From assembly GCA_036391475.1 (NCBI GenBank), contig DASVZW010000069.1, positions 1 through 27,110 on the forward strand: a DNA stretch of 27,110 nt, read 5' to 3'. Both the position numbers and the translations under genes were made by a program. The stretch comes from Patescibacteria group bacterium. Its GTDB lineage: Bacteria; Patescibacteriota; Microgenomatia; UBA1400; MFAQ01. Numbering within the stretch: position 1 is the stretch's first letter; every line of letters starts with the position of its first letter. Positions 17,492-23,941 of this stretch are shown here, piece by piece. The notes under the pieces are model-generated. The model saw only the letters and a list, made by a program, of their open reading frames with translations, did not search any database and was not told the DNA's origin.

Positions 17492-17941
17492 ATGAAAACA
17501 AAATGGCTTATGGTGATTGGCGGTGTGGTGTTGGGTGGTTGTGTGATGACTAAGAATTTAAATCAAACGATGGTTACTTTGACACCCAGCCCGACAGTAT
17601 CAGTTTCACCTATGCCTACAAAAACAGTGGAGTTATTGGAACAGTCGAAATCGGGAATGAACGGAAAGGTGGCTTTTGTAGATGAAGGTGACAAAACTAG
17701 AGTAACTATAACTTTGTCAGGGAAAGGAATTATCGGGCCATTGCCAGCACATGTTCATTCGGGAAGTTGTCCGAACGTAGGGGTGATCAAGTTCCCTCTG
17801 AACGACGTAAAAAATGGCAGTTCCGACACTATGATCAATATCAGAATGTCCGACCTTTTTGGCTCGAACCCGATGGCGGTGAATGTACACAAGTCAGTAC
17901 AAGAAGCGACAATCTATACGGCTTGTGGTGACTTAAAATAA
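17492..17941 (+). CDS. Putative lipoprotein with Cu/Zn-SOD-like/CHRD-like small domain
   Basis: Lipobox VLGG|C, Pro/Thr linker, PAHVHSGSC...AVNVHKS...TACGDL. Confidence 0.62.
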   Translation: MKTKWLMVIGGVVLGGCVMTKNLNQTMVTLTPSPTVSVSPMPTKTVELLEQSKSGMNGKVAFVDEGDKTRVTITLSGKGIIGPLPAHVHSGSCPNVGVIKFPLNDVKNGSSDTMINIRMSDLFGSNPMAVNVHKSVQEATIYTACGDLK

Positions 17942-17942
17942 C

Positions 17943-17967
17943 AAAAACCCACCAATAGTTGGTGGGT
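17943..17967 (-). terminator. Intrinsic terminator of unit U3
   Basis: ACCCACCAA/TTGGTGGGT stem (17947-17967) with T-tract on the minus strand. Confidence 0.78.
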
Positions 17968-17983
17968 ATGAAATCGGCCTTTT

Positions 17984-18418
17984 TTAGAAATTAAGACCGG
18001 TTTTTCCTGACTGCCAGCGAAGGAACTTGCGGGCGATTCCTTTTCCTTCTTTGTCCAGGGTGGAGTAGCGAGAGGTAAGGGTAGTGACCAGCCAATCACG
18101 GAGGCTGATCGGGTGGGCTTTGGGGTGATCACGGGTGATCTGTGAGTCGTAATCCCAAAGCATGGGGCTAGGTTCTCCGGAATCCAGGAGATAGTTACAC
18201 TTCTCGAGGATGGCTTGGTGCATGCCGGAGGCGTCGGTTTGTTCATAATGCCGGGCGAGCATGACCAGTTTGGCCAGCTTAATAGGATCGGGCGAGGCAT
18301 AGAGGACGCCGCCGAAATTGGTATAGATCCGGGTGACGTAGAGCCCGTAAAAGCCCAGCAGGCCGGCTTTCTCTGCATTGACCAGGAAGAGGTCAATTTT
18401 GCGCATATCCATGATCAT
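17984..18418 (-). CDS. Orphan soluble helical protein (unit U3)
   Basis: 144 aa; SD AAGGAGG-AGTT-ATG; has its own promoter and terminator. Confidence 0.7.
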   Translation of the reverse strand: MIMDMRKIDLFLVNAEKAGLLGFYGLYVTRIYTNFGGVLYASPDPIKLAKLVMLARHYEQTDASGMHQAILEKCNYLLDSGEPSPMLWDYDSQITRDHPKAHPISLRDWLVTTLTSRYSTLDKEGKGIARKFLRWQSGKTGLNF

Positions 18419-18467
18419 AAACTCCTCCTTGGAGACAGGAATTAAATAGGAAAGTGCTTGATGGGGT

Positions 18468-18496
18468 AATATATCACCTTAGGCACAGTTTGTCAA
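18468..18496 (-). promoter_or_regulatory. sigma70-type promoter of unit U3
   Basis: TTGACA(18496-18491), 17 nt, TATATT(18473-18468), then ACCCC. Confidence 0.75.
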
Positions 18497-18508
18497 ATTA
18501 TAGGCTAT

Positions 18509-18531
18509 AAAAAACCCGCCGGATGGCGGGT
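18509..18531 (-). terminator. Intrinsic terminator of unit U4
   Basis: ACCCGCC/GGCGGGT stem (18514-18531) with T-tract on the minus strand. Confidence 0.8.
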
Positions 18532-18538
18532 GGTAAGT

Positions 18539-18820
18539 TTAACTGATGGTAACTCGAAGGTTGTCAAGAAAGTCACCGGAGGCTTCAAGAAGAAGCCGAA
18601 TTGCTTCACCTAAATCGGTGTCGGAGACTTTGGCGTTGGGGTCTTTGGGTGTTAACAAAAGAGTAACCCTGAAAATGGTCTCCTGACCGTGTGGTTCGGG
18701 ATAGAAATCCTGGTCAAGAAAGACGGTGGGCTCGGATTTCCGTTCGGCTAATTTATTGGCGATTTCGGTCTCCCGTTCTTTGCCCCAAACCTTAGCGGTG
18801 ATCTGGACATTTTCCATCAT
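18539..18820 (-). CDS. Small orphan protein (unit U4)
   Basis: 93 aa; SD TAGGAGG-AGATC-ATG. Confidence 0.68.
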   Translation of the reverse strand: MMENVQITAKVWGKERETEIANKLAERKSEPTVFLDQDFYPEPHGQETIFRVTLLLTPKDPNAKVSDTDLGEAIRLLLEASGDFLDNLRVTIS

Positions 18821-18829
18821 GATCTCCTC

Positions 18830-19141
18830 CTATTGGCCAACGACACTGGCCACCATTTGAACATGATCGAGCCGAATTTCCTGGTCCCTTAAAAAGGTGC
18901 CGTCGGACACCCATTTTATGAGTTCACAGATCTTGTCGGAAGGAATGGTGTTTTCTTTACCTTTCCGGGAGATGGTGAAATAGACCTGGAACAGATCCCG
19001 CCGGATAGAACTAGCCGACAAGGTGCCTTCGACGATGTTGTAACCCTGAGACCAAGTGTTCAGGAAATCTCTAAAGTCCTCAAGATCATTGAGCTTCAAG
19101 AAAACGAAATAGAAGCTGATAGAGAAGTTCTTCATGGGCAT
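18830..19141 (-). CDS. Small orphan protein (unit U4)
   Basis: 103 aa; SD AAGGAGG-TTTTCG-ATG. Confidence 0.68.
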   Translation of the reverse strand: MPMKNFSISFYFVFLKLNDLEDFRDFLNTWSQGYNIVEGTLSASSIRRDLFQVYFTISRKGKENTIPSDKICELIKWVSDGTFLRDQEIRLDHVQMVASVVGQ

Positions 19142-19177
19142 CGAAAACCTCCTTAAAGTGCAAGAGTAGAATGAGGT

Positions 19178-19206
19178 ATCTTAGTTTGAATGAGGCTAAA
19201 AGTCAA
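19178..19206 (-). promoter_or_regulatory. sigma70-type promoter of unit U4
   Basis: TTGACT(19206-19201), 17 nt, TAAGAT(19183-19178), then ACCTC. Confidence 0.72.
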
Positions 19207-19253
19207 GTTATAGGACACTATAACGGGAGCTTGGGATTATGTTAAATTTAATT

Positions 19254-20162
19254 ATGACTAAAATTTTGGAATGGGCAAAAAGAAATTGGCTGACTTTGGT
19301 TCTTTTATTGGTAGTCGTGTATCTGTTTTCAAAAAATAATCAAGTTCCGTTTTATGGAGGGATGACAAATTTAAGTTTTGACTCCGGGGTAAGTAGCGGT
19401 AGTTTAGGTGTGGCGCCGATGATGGTTAAAAGTATAGGAACCCAGATATATCAACCTGCCGCACCGGTAGCAAGTACACAAAGAATGACCGTCCAAGATA
19501 CCTCTCTGGCTATGCAGGTAAACGATGTTTCTTCGGTTTTGGCTAGTATCGAAAATTTGGCAGTGAGTGCAGGCGGATACATGGTGGATAGAAACATGAA
19601 TAAACCCGAAGGGGCAGCTACCGGAAACATAACCATTAGAGTACCGGTTGAGAAAAGAGAAACAACTTTGACGGCGATAAAAGCATTGGGGATCAAAACG
19701 GTTTCCGAAAACGTGACCGGTTATGATGTTACGGACCAATATGTAGATCTTCAAGGAAGAATTGATAATTTAAATAAAACAAAAGCCAAGATGCAGACAT
19801 TGATGGATCAAGCAACAAAGGTAGCCGACTTGGCCGATATCCAGATGCAGATTAACAATATTCAAGAACAAATCGATAGTTATACTGGTCAACAAAAATA
19901 TTTGGAACAAACGGCTAAACTGACAAGAATAACGGTGAGTTTATCAACTGATGAATTGGCTTTGCCCTATGCCCCGGATACTGCTTGGAGACCCGGAGTT
20001 GTCTTCAAAACAGCGGTGAGGTCAATGATCGGTGCGTTAAGATCAGTAGCTAATTCGATAATCTGGGTTGTCGTTTATATACCCGTAATCGCATTTTTGT
20101 TAATTATTTTCTGGCTAGTAAAGTTGGTTTGGAGGAAAGTTCAGATGAGGAAATTGGGTTAA
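19254..20162 (+). CDS. DUF4349 domain membrane protein (ORF open from 19239; ATG 19254 preferred)
   Basis: N-terminal TM, then GGY....., ITIRVP, SENVTGYDVTDQYVDL, coiled coil IQEQIDS..GQQKYL, C-terminal TM; TG-T-TAAATT lies 5 nt before ATG 19254. Confidence 0.85.
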   Translation: MTKILEWAKRNWLTLVLLLVVVYLFSKNNQVPFYGGMTNLSFDSGVSSGSLGVAPMMVKSIGTQIYQPAAPVASTQRMTVQDTSLAMQVNDVSSVLASIENLAVSAGGYMVDRNMNKPEGAATGNITIRVPVEKRETTLTAIKALGIKTVSENVTGYDVTDQYVDLQGRIDNLNKTKAKMQTLMDQATKVADLADIQMQINNIQEQIDSYTGQQKYLEQTAKLTRITVSLSTDELALPYAPDTAWRPGVVFKTAVRSMIGALRSVANSIIWVVVYIPVIAFLLIIFWLVKLVWRKVQMRKLG

Positions 20163-20189
20163 ATTAACGAGAAAAAGGATTAAGGAAAT

Positions 20190-20218
20190 AAAAAAACTCT
20201 CCCTTTTGGGGAGAGTTT
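20190..20218. terminator. Intrinsic terminator of unit U5 (possibly bidirectional)
   Basis: A7 then AAACTCTCCC/GGGAGAGTTT stem (20194-20218) between convergent genes. Confidence 0.8.
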
Positions 20219-20230
20219 GAGTATTGGGTT

Positions 20231-20680
20231 TTACGGTAAAACAGCCATTAGTTTTCGCCAGACGGCGTCGCAGAATTGGAGACAAAAGGAGTATAAGGTG
20301 AGTGAGGTGATGACGCCCAGCCAGGAGGCCAATAGAAAATGAAGGCTGGACTTATCGATGACCAAGGTGATCAGCAGGGCAATGCCGAAGAGCAGCAAAC
20401 CGGTGGTGAGGGCGGTAAAGCCCTGGACGAACAGGTTGCCGAAACAGCCGAGGTCCGGGTCGATGAGGTGGTTGAAATGAGGGGGAATGCCGACCATTAG
20501 GCTTACGAGTAGCCAGATATTGAGAAAATTCAGGTTCCAGTCGGAAATCTGTGCCGGAAAGATGAGATGCAGGATGCCGTAGATGCAAAGCGTAAGTAAG
20601 GCACCGGCGGCCAAGGATACGATGGCCCATTTGGAGATCTTACCTAAGGCCGAAAGTAAGGTTGGAGATTCAGCTTCCAT
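20231..20680 (-). CDS. Orphan 4-TM membrane protein (unit U5)
   Basis: Four hydrophobic segments; SD AAGGAG-CAAATA-ATG. Confidence 0.72.
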   Translation of the reverse strand: MEAESPTLLSALGKISKWAIVSLAAGALLTLCIYGILHLIFPAQISDWNLNFLNIWLLVSLMVGIPPHFNHLIDPDLGCFGNLFVQGFTALTTGLLLFGIALLITLVIDKSSLHFLLASWLGVITSLTLYSFCLQFCDAVWRKLMAVLP

Positions 20681-20706
20681 TATTTGCTCCTTCGAAAACA
20701 GATGGA

Positions 20707-20751
20707 TTTAAGGTACAAAGGGATTCTAGCACCAGTAAGCCTAAAAATCAA
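20707..20751 (-). promoter_or_regulatory. sigma70-type promoter plus leader motif GTACCTTAAA of unit U5
   Basis: TTGATT(20751-20746), 17 nt, TAGAAT(20728-20723), then CCCTTT and GTACCTTAAA(20716-20707). Confidence 0.72.
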
Positions 20752-20770
20752 GGTTATGGGATGAAATATC

Positions 20771-21520
20771 TTATTCGATAAGTGTACCCTGATCGCTATA
20801 AGTGCCTATTTCGTGATTACCAAATTCATCAACCAGCCCAACGGTATAACAATTTTTACCTTTTTCTTTGGACCGATAAGCGAGTTCGTCGGCAATTTTA
20901 TATATTTCGTCGGGTGAAACTTCGTTGAACGGCATTACTACGGCACAGCCAAGGCTAATTGTTTGTGGTTCCGGTGTAAGTGATTTTATATTAGCCGGAA
21001 TACGATTTACCCTGTGAGCACTATTTAGGTATCTTTTAAGGAAGGAGGCAACCTCTTGGTCGAGGTGATCCAAATCTTTTATGGTAAGAAGCACCATAAA
21101 CTCGTCTCCGGCTAAACGACCAAAGGTATCTGTACCTCGAACACTAGAGCCAACCTCAATAGCCAGCTCCTTGAGAACAGTATCACCTTGAGGATGACCA
21201 AATGATTCGTTTACTTGTCTAAAGTTATCGACATCTACCATGACTACGGCAAAAGGATTGCCACCACGAGCGACTTCCTGAAGTTTCCTTTCCATTTCTG
21301 CTTGGATGAAACGTCGATTGGGAAGTTCGGTTAAGGTGTCGGTCATTGATAAGGATTCAAGTAACTTACTCTTGGCTCTCTCTTCATCAAGCAATCTTTG
21401 TGTTTCAGCAAGCTGTTTCTCAAGCTGGGCAATTCTTTGTTCCGGTGAGGGAACTTCGCCTTGAGGCTCGACGGTAAGTTTGATATCCGGATTGTTTTCT
21501 ATTTGAAGCGAGTCGATCAT
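20771..21520 (-). CDS. Diguanylate cyclase (coiled coil + GGDEF)
   Basis: TDTLTELPNRR, VDVDNFRQVNESFGH..GD, I-site RGTD five residues before A-site AGDEF, ADELAYRSKEKGKN; TATCAT lies 6 nt before the ATG. Confidence 0.92.
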   Translation of the reverse strand: MIDSLQIENNPDIKLTVEPQGEVPSPEQRIAQLEKQLAETQRLLDEERAKSKLLESLSMTDTLTELPNRRFIQAEMERKLQEVARGGNPFAVVMVDVDNFRQVNESFGHPQGDTVLKELAIEVGSSVRGTDTFGRLAGDEFMVLLTIKDLDHLDQEVASFLKRYLNSAHRVNRIPANIKSLTPEPQTISLGCAVVMPFNEVSPDEIYKIADELAYRSKEKGKNCYTVGLVDEFGNHEIGTYSDQGTLIE

Positions 21521-21606
21521 GATTTGATGATACAGTATGATCTTTAGCAGTGATACAATCTCGATGTTAATTGTACTTTTTTATCTTTGAAAATCCCGGA
21601 GGCGGT

Positions 21607-21936
21607 ATGCTTATCACCTTTTTGAATGTACCTTTTGATGTCTGTTGGAATGAGGAAATCGTAGAAAAGTTATTGGGGGAAACTGAATTATTCATGGGTC
21701 ATGAGCCGCGCATTGAAACTTATCGACTTAAAGAGAACCAATCCCATGTTCATGTCATAGTTTCGGAGATCATTGAGGCTTGCCCTTGGGAATTGCGGGT
21801 AGCTATCGCAAAGCAGATATTTTTGTTTTTAAAATACCATGCACTGCTTGAAGGCTCCGACATTTACTTTGCCAACTTCCCCACAGAACCCTTTGATGAG
21901 CATTATTTTGAACCTTTGGATGTAGAGATAAGGTAG
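21607..21936 (+). CDS. Small orphan protein (unit U6; start reassigned from TTG 21571 to ATG 21607)
   Basis: SD GGAGG(21598-21602)-CGGT-ATG; extended -10 TG-A-TACAAT at 21551-21559; has its own terminator. Confidence 0.68.
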   Translation: MLITFLNVPFDVCWNEEIVEKLLGETELFMGHEPRIETYRLKENQSHVHVIVSEIIEACPWELRVAIAKQIFLFLKYHALLEGSDIYFANFPTEPFDEHYFEPLDVEIR

Positions 21937-21947
21937 TACATTTTTAT

Positions 21948-21973
21948 AGACCCCTGAACCGGGGTCTTTTTTT
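21948..21973 (+). terminator. Intrinsic terminator of unit U6
   Basis: AGACCCC/GGGGTCT stem followed by T-tract. Confidence 0.8.
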
Positions 21974-21989
21974 ATATACAATAAGGGAT

Positions 21990-22625
21990 ATGAAATATAA
22001 GTATTTTTTATTTGATTGGGATGGAAGTTTGGGAGCAACTTTGCCGTTATGGTTTAAGGCCTTTAAAGAAACATTTTCCGATTATGGAATTAAGACCGAT
22101 TACAAAGAAATTGGAGAGGTAGTCTTAGGTGATTGGGAGGGACCTAAAAAATTGGGGATAACTAATCTTGAAGAATTTTTTGGGAAAATGGAAGCCGAAT
22201 TGATGCCTAAATTGCCAGACGTCCAGTTGAATCCCGGAGTTAAAGAAACTTTAGAAAAAATAAAGTCCTTGGGAGGAAAGATCGGGGTGGTAACAACCTC
22301 AAAAAAACGTTACATTAAGAATGCTTTAAAAAATAATGGATTGTCAAAAGTGGTGGATGTTTTTTTGGGCAGGGAGGATGTTGAAAATTACAAACCGGAC
22401 CCGGAGATACTTTATAAAGCTCTAAACTTCATGGGTGGACGGCCATCGGAGTCGATCATGGTGGGCGATACGGTAAAAGACATTGAGGCCGCTAAAAGAG
22501 CGGGGATTGATAGTGCACTGTATTTCCCGGACGAATACCGAGAATATTATGATGAAGTCAGACAGAAAGGTCTTGGGGCTACTTACGTGATCAAAAGTTT
22601 TCAGGATCTAGAAAGGTTTCTTTAA
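21990..22625 (+). CDS. HAD-family hydrolase, subfamily IA (PpaX/Gph-like)
   Basis: Motif I FDWDGSL, motif II VVTTS, motif III KPDP, motif IV MVGDTVKD; TACAAT(21977-21982) lies 7 nt before the ATG. Confidence 0.9.
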   Translation: MKYKYFLFDWDGSLGATLPLWFKAFKETFSDYGIKTDYKEIGEVVLGDWEGPKKLGITNLEEFFGKMEAELMPKLPDVQLNPGVKETLEKIKSLGGKIGVVTTSKKRYIKNALKNNGLSKVVDVFLGREDVENYKPDPEILYKALNFMGGRPSESIMVGDTVKDIEAAKRAGIDSALYFPDEYREYYDEVRQKGLGATYVIKSFQDLERFL

Positions 22626-22636
22626 ATTTGAGTAAT

Positions 22637-22662
22637 AAAAACCCCGCCGAGTGTGGCGGGGT
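22637..22662 (-). terminator. Intrinsic terminator of unit U7
   Basis: ACCCCGCC/GGCGGGGT stem (22641-22662) with T-tract on the minus strand. Confidence 0.8.
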
Positions 22663-22669
22663 GAAAAAA

Positions 22670-23020
22670 TTAGGGGATGAAATGACGAACATAGGCGTAA
22701 AGCCGGGAGAGTGGGGCTATGGTGAGAATAACGGTGATGGTCTGAACCAGATTTAAAGAATCACCGGAGAGCCCAAAAAAGGCATTGGTCCTCAGTAAAG
22801 CCACCAGCGCACCAAAAATGATTAAGAGAGCTAGTGGAATGATCCAATCAGCTTTGGTGCCATTATTAGGGATGAGGAAATAGGTTAAATTGGACAACCC
22901 GATACCGGCGAAAAGGGCGCCGAGAACAGCTACGATGTTCCATTCCGGCGATCGAGCCAGAAGGAGATTCGCCAGAAAACCAAAAATCACGAACAAAACA
23001 TTAACGAATTTGTTGTTCAT
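22670..23020 (-). CDS. Orphan 4-TM membrane protein (unit U7)
   Basis: Four hydrophobic segments; SD AAGGAG-ACAC-ATG. Confidence 0.72.
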   Translation of the reverse strand: MNNKFVNVLFVIFGFLANLLLARSPEWNIVAVLGALFAGIGLSNLTYFLIPNNGTKADWIIPLALLIIFGALVALLRTNAFFGLSGDSLNLVQTITVILTIAPLSRLYAYVRHFIP

Positions 23021-23031
23021 GTGTCTCCTTG

Positions 23032-23553
23032 TTATTTCCAGTTTATAAAATAGGTGATGATCTTGAATCTCTTTGAAGAGCGGGCAAGTACCTCAATATG
23101 TCTTTTGGCCGTGATAACTTCCAGAAGATCAGCGTTTTTATAACTGACTGTCATAACGCCATCCAGAAAGGTTACCTTGTAAATTGTTTCATCCAAAAGT
23201 CCCAGGAAAAGGTCGATTTCCGGATCACGCCCAATTAAACGGACGCCACTATCGATAATGTAGACTACCTCGAAAAGCGGTTCTTCCGGGGGGTAAATGC
23301 TGTTCGTAAACTCTGAAATAACTTCTCCTGAGGTTTGCAAACACATTGAAAGGTCGAAAACAGCATCTTGGCTAAGCGGAACCGAACAATTGCAGAAAAA
23401 CAAATAGCGCTTGAGAGAGCTGCCAACCAAACGCCAACCGTGAGTGGTGATTCCATCTTGCCGACTGCAAAGATCATGAAAGCGTTCGGTGAGGCCGGCC
23501 GGTAGGTTTTGAAGTTCGACGAGTGAGATAAAAAACCAAGTGGGTTTATCCAT
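23032..23553 (-). CDS. Orphan protein, possibly two ACT-like modules (unit U7)
   Basis: 173 aa; SD GAGGAG overlapping the upstream stop. Confidence 0.65.
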   Translation of the reverse strand: MDKPTWFFISLVELQNLPAGLTERFHDLCSRQDGITTHGWRLVGSSLKRYLFFCNCSVPLSQDAVFDLSMCLQTSGEVISEFTNSIYPPEEPLFEVVYIIDSGVRLIGRDPEIDLFLGLLDETIYKVTFLDGVMTVSYKNADLLEVITAKRHIEVLARSSKRFKIITYFINWK

Positions 23554-23555
23554 GA

Positions 23556-23840
23556 CTACTCCTCTTTGGGATGTGTTTCGGTTTCTGAAGAGAAATTTAA
23601 GAAACTCGCAGTTTGAAGCCAGGTCCGGATCTGATTGCGGATCTCTTCGGATATGGGTGAGTTGGCTTCGACAATGAAAGCGTGTTCGAACCCTTCCTGC
23701 AGGTACAAAGCAGATGTGACCTCAGGCTGCAGTAGTGATAAACGATGAAAAGCGGAGACCAAATGTCTTAATGGATCACTTCTTTGGGCGGAAAAGCGGA
23801 AGGTAACTGCAAAAGGTGCATTGATGGCCGGTAAGTTCAT
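23556..23840 (-). CDS. Small orphan protein, possibly ACT-like (unit U7)
   Basis: 94 aa; SD TAGGAGG-ATCCT-ATG. Confidence 0.68.
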   Translation of the reverse strand: MNLPAINAPFAVTFRFSAQRSDPLRHLVSAFHRLSLLQPEVTSALYLQEGFEHAFIVEANSPISEEIRNQIRTWLQTASFLNFSSETETHPKEE

Positions 23841-23876
23841 AGGATCCTCCTAATTTGAAATGTGCGATTTGTGGGT

Positions 23877-23906
23877 ATTTTATCACTTATAGGACTAAAT
23901 GGTCAT
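23877..23906 (-). promoter_or_regulatory. Extended -10 promoter of unit U7
   Basis: ATGACC(23906-23901), 18 nt ending in TG-A, TAAAAT(23882-23877), then ACCC. Confidence 0.62.
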
Positions 23907-23907
23907 A

Positions 23908-23936
23908 TTGAGGAGAAATGATTAAGACGCTATACT
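23908..23936 (+). promoter_or_regulatory. sigma70-type promoter, likely leaderless
   Basis: TTGAGG(23908-23913), 17 nt, TATACT(23931-23936), then 5 nt to ATG 23942. Confidence 0.65.
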
Positions 23937-23941
23937 GAATT

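Noticed and set aside
17914-18445. Alternative ORFs 17914-18396 (-) and 18215-18445 (+)
   Set aside because: They are shadow frames in GC-rich DNA with no SD. 17914-18396 runs through the terminator, whereas 17984-18418 has an SD, promoter and terminator.
21571-21606. TTG start for the U6 gene
   Set aside because: It lies 11 nt after the -10 box with no SD. A GGAGG precedes the in-frame ATG 21607.
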